Positions 24,099-36,241 of a stretch of DNA of 64,000 nucleotides are shown here, piece after piece. Each line of letters starts with the position of its first letter. Position 1 is the stretch's first letter. The DNA is taken from the NCBI RefSeq assembly GCF_006345805.1, contig NC_043012.1, positions 32,488,001 to 32,552,000 on the forward strand. Reading direction: 5' to 3'. Position numbers and translations under genes: made by a program. This DNA is from Octopus sinensis. Its lineage: Eukaryota. Under the pieces are notes generated by a model. That model saw only the letters and a list, made by a program, of their open reading frames with translations. It searched no databases and was not told the DNA's origin.

Positions 24099-26007
24099 CT
24101 AGCAGAATTGCCCGGCGTTGCTCGGGGCTGAATTGCTTGAAAGTAATGTTAATGATTGCACTGAATTATGATGATTATTCAGGCAAATATTGATATAAGC
24201 TTACGGTGGGAGATAAGGACTTAACGATCAAACGTGTGCCATTGCATTGTTTTGGGGGAACCAAATTTCTGATGAGCATTATAGGGCACCAACTTTAAGT
24301 TTGAGAAAGTGTGGTGGTAGTCCGGGGTGCTCAAAGGAATTGAGTACCTCTATTGGATAGTTGATGACGTCCTCTGGGTCAGGAGTTGTATCGATAGACT
24401 GATATACATAGACTTCCCCAGGAATGAGTTTTAGCATTTCATCATTAATATGGTGAACAGTTTTATTCGTCGGGGCCAGTATAGCCTTTTTGCCAATCCA
24501 ATCCATATTCTGATAATTAGCTTGTAGATCTGGGAACACTGCATCTCTGAGATCAGAAGGCGTCTTAACAATGGTACAAATGGAATCGATGGCAATATTA
24601 CCATTTTCATCCCCTGGTATTTTGCCTTCGCCAAGTGCAAGGAGGGTGTGAGGAAATGCTGCTGATGTGATATTACGTCGCATATGAGCATGCATATTGG
24701 TGTGAAGTTTGAGAGTTACTTCCCTTTATTAAAAAAAATATGCATTAAAATGGAAAAAAATGATGGTAAATTATTTGTAAAATCATAGACTCATCGTAGA
24801 CACGCGCTAATACCCAGAAGGGCTCGATATGAATCACGACTATAAGATACCCGGTTTTGGTTAAACTGCATCGCAAAATGTGGGAGTAGTTAGGAATCTA
24901 AATCGGAGTAGACAGACACACAACCTTTCTTTTATATATAAATATTTTCGTCCTAAAAAACTTTGTATGGATTGAATGGTTACCTCTATGGAAATATATA
25001 CACGTACATTATACATACATGTGTGTATAGATGAATATATAAATACATTTAAATATCTATATACACTTTTGGGCGATCTTTCTGTTTCTTAGAGATAACT
25101 TTAGATCTTATTTTCGTCCTAAAAAACTTTGTATGGAGTGAATGGTTACCTCTATGGAAATATATACACACATGTTATACATACATGTGTGCATAGATGA
25201 ATATATAAATACATTTATATATCTATATACACTTTTGGGCGATCTTTGTGCTACTTAGAGATAACTTTAGATCTTATTTTCGTCCTAAAAAACTTTGTGC
25301 GGAGTGAATGGTTACGTGTATGGAAATATATACACACACATTATACATACATCTGTGTATAGATGAATATATAAATACATTTAAATATCTATATACACTT
25401 TTGGGCGATCTTTCTGCTATTTGTATATACTTTAGATCTTATATTCGTCCTAAAAAACTTTGTATGGAGTGAAAGGTTACCTCTATGGAAATATATACAC
25501 ACACATTATACATACATCTGTGTATAGATGAATATATAAATACATTTAAATATCTATATACACTTTTGGGCAATCTTTCTGCTACTTGGATATAGGTCTT
25601 ATATTCGTCCTAAAAAACTTTCCTGTCACACACTCACGCGCGCGCACACACACACACACGCGCACACACACGTTAGCTTACAATTTTATTTATATATTTG
25701 CGTGTCTATGTGTGTAAAGAGGAAGTGGCAGAGTGAAAGAGTCACTCACTACAAAAAGTGAATTACTTTCACTTTATTCGTTGCACACTGTGTGTGCATG
25801 TGGTGTAGGCCACACTAAGAAAAGCATTTGACTTATACACCACAATGCGAGTTTTCTCTAAATTTTGCTTAATTGGGGTTGAAATTTTAAAAACTGGACC
25901 TGGCACGACCCGATGCATTCTACTCTTAAAAATGAAGAAATCCTATGTTGTAGATTTCTATAAGATACAAAGGGAGGCAGATAAAATCTGCCTTTTATAA
26001 TAAGAGA
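24099..26007 (-). mobile_element. Composite Helitron carrying a PIF1-helicase fragment and a 166-bp tandem array
   Basis: 3' end on the minus strand is hairpin CCCGAGCAACGCCGGG then CTAG|T. ORF 24279-24695 reads KKAILAPTNKTVHHIN..NYPIEVLNSFEHPGLPPHFLKLKVG, continuing MLIRNL..KQCNGTRLIV (Helitron RepHel PIF1 motifs). An inner 5'-like end lies at ~24941 and an outer 5' end TCTCTTATTATAAAAGGCAG at 26007. Confidence 0.88.
24945..25621. repeat. Tandem repeat, ~166-bp unit, 4 copies plus a partial
   Basis: (T/A)TTCGTCCTAAAAAACTTT recurs at 24945, 25111, 25277, 25443 and 25603. Confidence 0.92.
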
Positions 26008-26379
26008 TCTATATATATATATAAATGGCAAAATGTCTGTCTGTGTGTGTGTCCTTTATACAAATCCACAATTTTTCAGTTAGAGGGCTCACACTTTCTA
26101 TGGTCATTCAAAACCGTCCAAGGGTGGTCATGCACATCTTTACATTTCCCCAGTCACCCTGTAAAGCCATTAAAAAAAATCAATAGAAGTTACTTTTTTG
26201 TGAATTTTCCATCCAAAACCCAATCAAAATGCCCAAAACTTGATACGCCAATTGAATGCCAGCTAGCTGTATGTGATTGGTCGGAGATTTGGACAGTACT
26301 CGCATGCATGTGCGCACACACGCAGCTGTATATGCATGCACTAGCACTATGACCTGGCAACATCGGGTCATAGTGCTAA
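26008..26379 (+). mobile_element. Non-autonomous Helitron (family H1)
   Basis: A|TC start with (TA)n and CTGT repeats, terminal hairpin GCACTATGACC..GGTCATAGTGC, CTAA|T end. A second copy is at 29240-29591. Confidence 0.85.
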
Positions 26380-26692
26380 TATATATTATAATGTAAGTAT
26401 AATATATATAATGCAGTAAGAAACCTCTCTAACATATCCAGCAACAGAAGTTGGTAATAATTTGCTATGTTCCATGTCAAATGCTGAATTCCTAGCTTCC
26501 TGTTTCATATAAAATTGAATAATGAATTCTTTCTTGGACAAGAAAAGACATATGAAAGGTGTAACAACAAAATGACGTTTAATATAAAGCGATTGAATTT
26601 AAATGAATTCAATCAAGTTGTGAGAAAATTGAAGAATTCTTCATTTTATGAAGATTATTATAATTTTATAATTATATTAAGAGAATACTTAC

Positions 26693-26788
26693 ATAGTTAA
26701 GGCCTTCTACATAGCACCAATTACGTTCCTTTATAATCTGAGTCACAATGCCTTGCTTCCCTTTATCCTTCCCAGTTAAAATCTCCAC
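26693..26788 (-). CDS. MRPL24: MRPL24 internal coding exon (96 nt, KOW motif)
   Basis: CTATCCATTTTAG|...|GTAAGT. Encodes [32 protein letters not shown], the uL24 KOW signature. Phase 0/0. Confidence 0.96.
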
Positions 26789-27233
26789 CTAAAATGGATA
26801 GAAAAAAGAGACAAAGTTAAATAACAAAAATAACTTACATAAAAAAAAAAATTGAGCAAAGTATCTTTTAAAATGTAAATTTTCAATTGAACAAAAATTA
26901 TTTCAGCCAACTAAAATCCTAATATTAGTTTTTTAATCAAAAAAATCACAAGATGATTAAAATTTGAGAGAGTATTTTTCTTTATTAAGAAAATATTTCA
27001 AATAAAGAATATTTTAGTTTGAAGTAAACAATAAAAATTTCTAGCTACCCAGAAATTAGTTAAGCAATGTTAACAGATATGTGATTATCATGATTATCAA
27101 TGTAAGACAAATATATCAGCATTAGCTATATACAACTGAACAGATGTCACTCTGTTGCTTTTCATCTCAGTAAACATACTTTTTTTAAAGACCTGGTTAA
27201 AGTGTCCTATTCCATCAAACACTACATTATGAT

Positions 27234-27712
27234 ATGCATAAGATCTGGTCATCAAATCTAAGTAGAGATTTCAAACTTAAAATCTTCAAAGCCACAGTCA
27301 AGCCAATTCTACAATATGGCTCAGAAACCTGGACGTTATCAAAGAAGCTTGAGAGGCGGTTAGATGGAACTTACACTCGTCTCCTTATAAGAGCTCAAAA
27401 TCTCTTGTGGAAGCGTCATCCAACCAAAGTACAAATATATGGGAAATTACCACCTGTATCATCTCTTGTGAAAGGTAGAAGAGTCCAGTTTGCTGGACAT
27501 TGTTGTAGAGCTGAAAACGAGGCAATTTCTACTCTTCTCCTCTGGAAGCCATCTGCTCGTGATACCAGCGGATGCACACGCTCCTACCCTGATGTAATCT
27601 CCGGGGATACAGGCATCCAGCAACAGGACCACCATAATGCTATGATGGACCGTGAAGTCTGGCGTAACAAAGTAAATTCCATTGTCTCGACCACGGTCAA
27701 ACAATGAATGAA
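27234..27712 (+). mobile_element. 3' fragment of a second RTE-like LINE family
   Basis: ORF reads KLKIFKATVKPILQYGSETWTL..RRVQFAGHC..AMMDREVWRNKV.. (YGSETW, RR..F.GH and DR..WR motifs), followed by a TGAATGAAT tail. Confidence 0.85.
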
Positions 27713-27918
27713 TAGTTTACACCCTTCCTGTGTACAAGCTATTATCTTCCAATTACAAGATATTCCACATCAGCAGGCAGACTATTCACTGCTGCTCCTG
27801 GCTCAAATATTTTTAACTGAACAAACAATTTCAAAATTTGAATATATAACCCCACCCCCACTGCCCCTACGACTTCATAATGAAAACGTTGTCACATGTA
27901 GCATGAAAATATTATATA

Positions 27919-28325
27919 CTAGCAGAGATACCCGGCATTGCCGTGTTACATGCAATTGAAGAATTAGACTTTTCGGTTATAAATAAATTTCATTCGCAAG
28001 ATTATCTCCTGTTTTATATTAGCTTTTGCTTCTTTTAAATAAAAGTTGATCAGTTTTAAAGTGACTTTCATGTACTTTAAATTGATATTCGTTTGTTTTA
28101 AATAAAAGTTCATATGATTCAAATTAAAATTCATATAGTTTAAAATGCAGTTCGGTTGTTTAAATTCAAGATTCATTTGTTTTAATTTGAGAGTGAAAAG
28201 GTGTAGATACACTCTCAGGAAGAATAAAAAAGATGGTTATTTATGATTGAAAACTGATCAGAGGTCTGTTTGACGTGTGACCTATGCAGCTAATAATTAT
28301 TTAAAAGTTCGTTTTAATAAAAAGA
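27919..28325 (-). mobile_element. Non-autonomous Helitron with internal ~21-nt repeats
   Basis: Minus strand A|TCTTTTTATTAAAAC start and CGGCAATGCCGGG hairpin plus CTAG|T end, inserted at a host A|T with no TSD. Confidence 0.7.
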
Positions 28326-28610
28326 TTTGCAATTAAGATGGTTTTTATATAGAAGCAAGAATTTTGGAAACAGTCAATATGAAGACAATCACGAAAGGTT
28401 GTCTCCCTTGTCTTATAATCCCACAAAAAAGACAGTCGCAATTGGCCAAATTGATTGTGTTGCTGATGAAAATATTGCATCTGAGGTGAACATATCTCAC
28501 AGAACCACAGTGAGAGAGTACTGCGTAATTATTGTGTTTTTATTAGTTTTTCAGGGTTAAATTTTAATTCTGTGATGGATAACTTAGGCTCAGTTTGTTT
28601 TACATTAGAT

Positions 28611-28891
28611 GTTACCAACGTCGCCTTACTGGCACCTGTGCTGGTGGCATGTGTAAAAAGATTTGAGCGAGGTCGTTGCCAGTACCACCTGACTGGGCCC
28701 CGTGCCGGTGGCACGTAAAAAGCACCCACTACACTCTAGGAGTGGTTGGCGTTAGGAAGGGCATCCAGCTGTAGAAACTCTGCCAGATCAAGATTGGGGC
28801 CTGGTGCAGCCATCTGGTTCGCCAGCGCTCAGTCAAAATCGTCCAACCCATGCTAGCATAGAAAGCGGACGTTAAATGATGATGATGATGA
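28611..28891 (+). mobile_element. RTE 3' end (family B)
   Basis: GGCACGTAAAAAGCACCCACTAC..CCAACCCATGCTAGC..(GAT)n. Confidence 0.87.
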
Positions 28892-29239
28892 TATCTTCAG
28901 AAAAGCCTTGACTATAGAATGAATGGAATCATCCACCCGACACACAAGTTCACAGTTTTATTCTTATCAAACGAAAATTTTGCAAAATGAAAAGTTGCAA
29001 ATTAAGTCACTGAACATATGAAGACCACATTTTTTCCAGCATAAGACTTTATGAAGACCAAACTTTTTCCAGCATAAGACATCGTGAATCACAGTATTTC
29101 CCAAATTTCTTCCTAGCATCATGAACTGGGGTTATGGGGATACGTAGAATGAAATCATCTAAGCGGGACAAACTGAAACTGTATTGATGGCCCAATACTT
29201 TAACTACTTTACTTCTCATTCTCTCACACAAATATGTAA

Positions 29240-29591
29240 TCTCTATATATATAAACGGCTGTGTCTGTCTGTGTCCTTTATACAAATCCACAATTTTTCA
29301 GTTAGAGGGCTCGCACTTTCTATGGTCATTCAAAACTGTCCAAGGGTGGTCGTGCACATCTTTACATTTCCCCAGTCACCCCACAAAGCCATTAAGAAAT
29401 CAATAGAAGTGACTTTTTTGTGAATTTTCTATCCAAAACCCAATCAAAATGCCCAAAACTTGATATGCCAATTGAATGCTGTATGTGACTGCTCGGAGAT
29501 TTGGACAGTACTCGCATGTATGTGTGCACGCACACAGCTGTATATGCATGCACTAGCACTATGACCATGCGTTGCCGGGTCATAGTGCTAG
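29240..29591 (+). mobile_element. Non-autonomous Helitron (family H1), second copy
   Basis: Nearly collinear with 26008-26379. A|TC start, hairpin, CTAG|T end, no TSD. Confidence 0.87.
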
Positions 29592-29825
29592 TTATATATA
29601 TAATTATTATGGAAGATATGAAGAGTTTAGGTCAAGGTAACCCAAACTAAAAGGTATGCTTTCTGAGTGCTCCAACAGGTAATCCACCAAAGTATAATTA
29701 TGTGTATAGGTGCAGGTATGGCTCTGTGGTTAATGGAATTCACTTCAAAACCACATCATTTTAGGCTCAGTTCTATTGCATGGTTGGTGCCTAGGCTAAT
29801 TAAAGCCTTGTGAGTGTATCATAGG

Positions 29826-30185
29826 CACAAGGTGGCCTGTGTGGTAAGAAACTTGTTTCCTAACCGCATGGTTCTGGGTTCAGTCCCACAGCATGGCACC
29901 TTGGGCAAGTGTCTTCTATTAGAGTCACAGCCTGACCAAAGCTTTGTGAATGGATTTGGTAGGTAGAAACTAAAAGAAGCCGTGTGTGTGTGTGTGTGTT
30001 TGCCCCCCCCCCCTCCCCACCACCACTGCTTGATAATTGGTATTGGTGTGTTTGCATTCCTGTAACATAGCAGTTTGGCAAAAGAGATTGATATAAGTAC
30101 TGGGCTTTATCTGTTCAACTAAGACCCTTCAAGGCAGTGCCCCAGCATGGCAACAGTCAAATGACAGAAACAAATAACAGATAAA
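29826..30185 (+). mobile_element. SINE family C
   Basis: GGTGGCCTGTGTGGTAAGAAAC..GGCACCTTGGGCAAGTGTCTTCT..CCCAGCATGGCAACAGTCAAATGAC. Confidence 0.82.
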
Positions 30186-30557
30186 AGGTAGGAAAAGTTA
30201 TTGGCCAGCAGTTACAAGTGCTTCTCTCATGATCAACTGACCATATGTCGGATGCTCGAGAGAAGGAACACAATGTTTATAAAGAAGTATGGTAATTACT
30301 AATTTCAAATAAATGTTGTTTTTTTTATTATATGTGTTAATTTCTCTTGCTCCACATTTGGTCTCCTCACAGAATAATTTGCTGAAAATATTTTCCCATT
30401 TCAATTGGCTGGTCAAATTTTTAACCCATGCAATACCAGGAAACTCTGCAATCCTCTGGTTGGCCAGTTCCTGTTGAACTATCCACCTCATGCCACAGAC
30501 TTTAAATGATGATGATGACAATAATGACACATCTATATATACTTATATGTATAAATA

Positions 30558-30786
30558 GTAGCGAGCTGGCAGACACGTTAGCACGGCGGGCAAAATGCGT
30601 AGCCGTATTTCGTCTGTCGCTACATTCCGAGTTCAAATTCCGCCGAGGTCGACTTTGCCTTTCATCCTTTCGGGGTCGATAAATTAAGTACCAGTTACGC
30701 ACTGGGGTCGATGTAATCGACTTAATACCTATGTCTGTCCTTGTTTGTCCCCTCTGTGTTTAGCCCCTTGTGGGTAGTAAAGAAAT
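30558..30786 (+). mobile_element. SINE family A, full length, little diverged
   Basis: GCGAGCTGGCAGACACGTTAGC..CCGAGTTCAAATTCCGCCGAGGTCGAC..GGGTAGTAAAGAAATA. CpGs retained. Confidence 0.9.
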
Positions 30787-31759
30787 ATATATATACATAT
30801 ATGTATAAATATTTGAGTAGAAAAATGAAATATCTTTTTATGGATAATTCGTTTAACCGATACCTGGGTAGCAAATTCACATCAGAAATAACGCGGTTGA
30901 AGTTACGTGCCTAGGGCAGAGACTACGTGTTTTCGTGTGGAAATTTGTGTGTATTTTTATAAAATTTATGAATAAATGAAAGAATGGAGTTGAACGACAA
31001 ATTAACAAATTTCCTTTATTTTCGACATGTTTTGAAGGCTGCATATTCCTAATTGTGAAGGAATAAGGAGTATATTATGCCACTTTTTCATCAGGAAAAA
31101 CAAGGAATTTATGTCAACATCAAGATTCACAAAAACTTTTAGATGACTGTTCTCACGGAGCGCATAGCGATAATTTATTCATATATGTATAAATATATAC
31201 ATAGACATACAAATGTCCATGAATAAACATACCTATATTCTTATATGTAAGTAAATTGTCATCATCCCCATTGTGTTAACATTTACTTTTTGGGATTTGC
31301 ATAGCTCAGATGAGAGATCATTGAGGCAGAATTTTCAATTCCAGATGCCCTTCCTGACACCATCCCTAACCTGTTTCCAAGTAAGATAATAATCACCCAG
31401 TCTACTGAACAGTGAATAGCTCAAACGAGATATAGTGGACAACTTGAAACAAATGATACATTTTCGTATGAATGGTGAGGTTTTGTCTACAGTCACTGCA
31501 CACATAACGAGAGTGAAAATATGTACTCACAGACACACACACATTCCATTTTTATATGTGGTTTGCAAGATGTGAACAGGTGTTTTGAAACAGATTTTGT
31601 TGTACCATGGGAGGGTCATTATACCAAAAATAAACATACACAGATTCAATTTCACTTTATTATTATTATCATTTGTCAATTGGTTAGCTATTTAGCCAAT
31701 TGATTATTTGATTAATCATTCACTTAATCAATCCTGTTTGCCAAAGTCCTTTTGTTTCC

Positions 31760-32626
31760 ACCGGCTTCCATGCAGGTGGCATGTAAAAAGCACCAACCAA
31801 TCATGACCGTTGCCAGCCTACCCTGGCACCTGTGCCGGCGGCACGTAAAAAGCACCCACTACATTCACGGTGTGGTTGGCGTTAGGAAGGGCATCCAGCT
31901 GTAGAAACACTGCCAGATCAGACTGGAGCCTGGTGCAGCCTCCTGGCTTCCCAGACCCTGGTCAAACCATCCAACCCATGCTAGCATGGAAAACGGACGT
32001 TAAACGATGATGATGATGTTATCTCTTTGATACCATGTTCTCTTCACTCCGTTTCACCTTCATGTGAGCCTGTCTTTTAGGTTTAAGTTTATGTAGTTGT
32101 ATGAACAGGAATGTACATAAGAATCACGTGTGTGTGTGTGTGTGCATACATAGGTATTTATGGATGTATATTATTTAAAAAAAATTTTTAGCACGAGATT
32201 GTACCAAAGCATACCTATGCCAGAAACTTTTTAAACATCTTTTTCGTATATTTTTAAATAGCATTTAATTGACTACATAGAAATTCACTCTTTTCTCTCT
32301 GATAAGTGGATGTATTACCTAATAATGATTATCAATTTTAGATTCCATTTCAAAGGGTAACGCATTCATGAAATGATCGTAAGATACATTAAACTTTTTA
32401 AATAATCATACTTTATATATTTATACAGCCTCCTCTGGCCCCTGTGCCAGTGGCACGTAAAAAGCACCCACTACACTCATGGAGTGGTTGGCTTTAGGAA
32501 GGGCATCAAGCTGTAGAAACACTGCCAAAATCAGACTGGAGCCTGGTGCAGCCAGTCTGGCTTCCCGGTCAAACTGTCCAACCCATGTTAGCATAGAAAA
32601 TGGACATTAAACGATGATGATGATGA
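31760..32626 (+). mobile_element. Two RTE 3' end fragments (31760-32018 and 32427-32626)
   Basis: Both end CCAACCCATG(C/T)TAGCAT(G/A)GAAAA(C/T)GGAC..(GAT)n. Confidence 0.85.
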
Positions 32627-32655
32627 TTTATTAATACAATATTATTTTTGACGTA

Positions 32656-33861
32656 CAGGGGTCGGACAAAATAATGGAAACACCTTAAAATTTCACACAA
32701 ATTTATTTTAATATGGGGTTGGACTACTTTTGGCAGTAATTACAGCTTGAATTCTACAAGGTACGTACTTGTACAAAGTTTGAATTGTTTCCAAAGGGAT
32801 TTTTGTCCATTCTTCAGCTAAAACAGTCTTCAGTTTCCAAAATGCACCATAAATGTTCAATAATATTAAGATCTGCGGACTGTGGTGGCCAGATAAGATG
32901 TTCAACTTCACTAGAATGTTCCTTGTGCCATTCAGTAACAACTTTAGCTGTGTGAATTGGTGCATTATCATCCTGAAAGATTTTGATTCCCTCCGGAAAC
33001 AGTTCCGCAACCATACGATGAATTTGATCAGATAAAATGCTTAGTTTTGACTGTTAATTCTGCCATGAAGGGAAACCATTGGGTTGGCGGATTTCCAAGA
33101 TATAGCCCCCCCCCCCCCCATCAACACAGGTCCTCCTCCATGTTTAACAGTTGGAAGAAGGCAGTCTGGGTCAAATGTTTCTTTTGGCTGTCTCCACATG
33201 TATACTCGGTTGGTGGTCGGAAATAAGGTAAAGGATGATTTGCCCGAGAAAATAACATTCTTCCACTGCTTTAGGGACCAATTCTGTAGGTTTTTACTCC
33301 ACTCTAAACGCTTTGCAATGTTTGTTTGGAAAACAGTAGTTTTCTGATTGCAGCCCTCCCCTGAAATCCAGCTCCCAGTGAACAGTTTTCATGGAAACTG
33401 GGTTCTCAAAGTGGTCATTAAGCTCTGCAGTAATTTTGGGAGCTGCACTTTTGTGATCCTTTCTAACAATTCGCGTAAGAGTCCAACTGAAAGTTTTGGT
33501 TTTCTTCCAGTGTCTTATTTCGACAAGGAGGTTTTCCCCTCTTTCTCAAAGGCTGTTATTACTTTCAAGACAGTACTTCTTGATACACCAAACATTTCGG
33601 CTGTTTTTGTTACGCTAGTGCCTGCCTTATGAGCACGAACAATTTGATCTCTTTGAAAGTTCGATGGATCTGTCATTTTAATGAATTTTAATTACCTTTT
33701 TCTGATATCTGAAAAGAAACAGCAATTTTAGCAAAACATATTAAGCAACACTAATAATAAATCAAAAAACATAAAATAAACAAGCTTTTGACAGTTTTAT
33801 AGATATTTCAAAATTATGATGCTATGATGCTAGGTGTTTCCATTATTTTGTCCAACCCCTA
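32656..33861 (-). mobile_element. Tc1-family transposon, both TIRs present, transposase frameshifted and deleted
   Basis: TA|CAGGGGTCGGACAAAATAATGGAAACACC ... GGTGTTTCCATTATTTTGTCCAACCCCTA|TA. Minus-strand IFQDDNAPIHTAK and WPPQSADLNIIEHLW (Tc1 DDE-type motifs). Confidence 0.93.
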
Positions 33862-34173
33862 TATATCTTCTGTGATGATTATTTTGCAATTCTCCTGCTC
33901 TTATTTTATGATATATAAATATATACTTATATATGTATGTATATATACATATATATATGCATGTATACATATACATATACATATATATGTATACATATAC
34001 ATATGTATATATACATATATATGTCGAAGAGCATAGGCTTGAAACGTATAAGACTTTCTCACTTCCTGAGCGTTAAACTAATACATCTGTTTGTTGTTTA
34101 CACACCCGTCTTCGTCTTTTGTTAATTCTCACTATACACACACACACACATATATAAGTGGCAAGTGAACTCC

Positions 34174-34382
34174 ATAACCCTTTAGATTTCAGATTACTCT
34201 GTCAAATGTAATGCTTATTTATTCACACCATCTTGAATTAATCATGCATTATCTCAAAGCTCTATGAATTCAAAGATGTGATTATTTTTTGAATGATGTT
34301 GTAGAATAAATGTGGGAGGCCAGATCTGGCCTGTTCAAACATAAAACAGATTGAATATGTGGGATGGATATGGCCAGTTTAA
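34174..34382. mobile_element. piggyBac-like MITE copy
   Basis: AACCCTTTAG..ATTACTCTGTCAAATGTAATGC..GATATGGCCAGTTTAAA, as in 1263-1709. Confidence 0.6.
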
Positions 34383-35237
34383 ATATATATGTATAAAATA
34401 TGCATACATATATACATATAGAATTTGGTGAGACAGATTTTCTGAAACCAAATAATCTTCCCGTTACCAATTTTTACTTGTTTCCAAGCAAGGCAATATT
34501 TCCCCATCACCAAACATTTTCACAAAAGATAGGAAACAAAAATGATGATGATGGTGGTGTCAAGACAAGGAGATAGTGACAGACACACACAAATATATAT
34601 ATATATATATATAGTGACAGACACACACAAATATATTATGATGGGCTTCTTTCAGTTTCTATCTACCACGTATGTACCTGTGTTTGTCCCTCCACCATTG
34701 CAGTTCAGCAAAAGAGACTTACAAAGAATAAGTCCTGGGTTCAATTTGTTTGACTGACAGGAGAATCTATCATTTTATATTATATTACACACACACACAC
34801 ACACACATGTACTTGTTAGACTCATTGTCAGCAATATATTTTATGTATTTTACTAGGTTTTGTTTCTGAGTTCAAATTTCCCTATTTGTTTCCTTAATGA
34901 GGTATGGCCTCTACATTATAGAATCTCTACAAAAAGACAGCCTCTTTTGATTTCTTAAAATTTATGAGACATAGAATCCAATACCTGCTACAAATCTAAA
35001 CAGCCATAGTCATAGTATTAATTAAAATATTTTCCCTTTATGTTTAAGAAAGAAAAAGAATGGAAAGTACTGAATGGAAAATACCATCTGATAAAATGTT
35101 TTCGGAAATGACAATATCACAGATTATGATTTGTTGAAACTAACAAATAAAATTAAAACATTTATTTGTAGTAATTCTTAATTTAGTTTAAAATTCAATA
35201 TCTGTACAGAGTTAGAACAATTTTAATGATTTATTGG

Positions 35238-36000
35238 GAAGAGGTAGACCCAGGAAGACCTGGGATGAAGTGGTGAAGCACGACCTTCAAACATTAAGCC
35301 TCACCAAGGAAATGACTAGTGACCGAGACTTTTGGAAATATGCTGTGCTCGAGAAGACCCGGCAAGCCAAATGAGACCATAACCTGTGGCCTATGCCAGG
35401 AGCGTAACCAGCCCGCTTATGTGTACCTTTCCTTCTTTGGACACTAAACTCTGCTTGCGAAGACCTGTTGAGGCAAGTGAAATCAAAACCAAAATCAAAA
35501 TCAATTCGATGACTGGCATTCGTGCTAGCGGGGTGCAAAGAGCACCATACGAGTGTGATCGTTGACAGAGCAGCTATTTGAGTATGATCATTACCAGTGT
35601 CGCCTTACTGGCACTTATGCCTGTGCTAGTAGAGTGCCAAGAGCACCATCCAAGTGTGATCATTGCCAGAGCAGCCAACTGGCTTCCATACCCGTGACAC
35701 GTAAAAGGGCACCATTCGAGCGTGATCGTTACCAATGTCACTTCACTGGCACTTGTAAAAAGATTCGAGCAAAGTCATTGCCAGTGCCGCCTGACTGGCC
35801 CCCGTGCTGGTGGCACGTAAAAAGCACCCACTACACTCTCGGAGTGGTTGGCATTAGGAAGGGCATCCGGCTGTAGAAACTCTGCCAGATCAAGATTGGA
35901 GCCTGGTGCAGTCATCTGGCTCGCCAGCCCTCAGTCAAAATCTCCAACCCATGCTAGCATGGAAAGCGGACGTTAAACGATGATGATGAATGATGATGAT
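35238..36000 (+). mobile_element. 5'-truncated RTE LINE (ORF end, modular UTR and tail)
   Basis: RGRPRKTWDEVVKHDLQTLSLTKEMTSDRDFWKYAVLEKTRQAK*, then UTR modules and (GAT)n. Confidence 0.9.
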
Positions 36001-36067
36001 TGGGACTAAATTCTAATAGATTTTTTTCTCTCTAGCTAAGACACACATCATTTATTTGCAAAATACT

Positions 36068-36241
36068 TTAACCCTTTAGGATCCAGAACATTGTTTTGAA
36101 CCAACATGAAATTTCACTGACATGATTATTCATTTTTAGAATGATATTATAAAAAGTAGAGGCCAGATCTGGTCAGTTTAAATATAAAACTGGTGGAATA
36201 ATTTGGGCCAGACAAGGCCACTTTAAATGGTAAAGGGTCAA
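36068..36241. mobile_element. piggyBac-like MITE copy (internally deleted)
   Basis: TTAA-CCCTTTAG ... AAATGGTAAAGGG-TCAA. Confidence 0.55.

Noticed and set aside
24945-25621. Regularly spaced repeats considered as a CRISPR-like array
   Set aside because: Whole 166-bp units are repeated with no unique spacers, no cas genes, and a eukaryotic Helitron context.
27964-28212. 82-aa ORF with heptad-like periodicity (possible coiled coil)
   Set aside because: It arises from ~21-nt tandem repeats inside a non-autonomous Helitron.
30198-30530. 110-aa minus-strand ORF (and 29049-29291) as the missing MRPL24 N-terminal exon
   Set aside because: No similarity to uL24m motifs in any frame and no phase-0 donor after a GD-like motif.
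30864-31165. CpG-containing segment with a minus-strand donor (CAG|GTATCG) as the MRPL24 promoter or first exon
   Set aside because: It gives no MRPL24 coding sequence, and no coding exon was found between it and 26788. It may equally be a young DNA-transposon fragment, so it is left uncalled.
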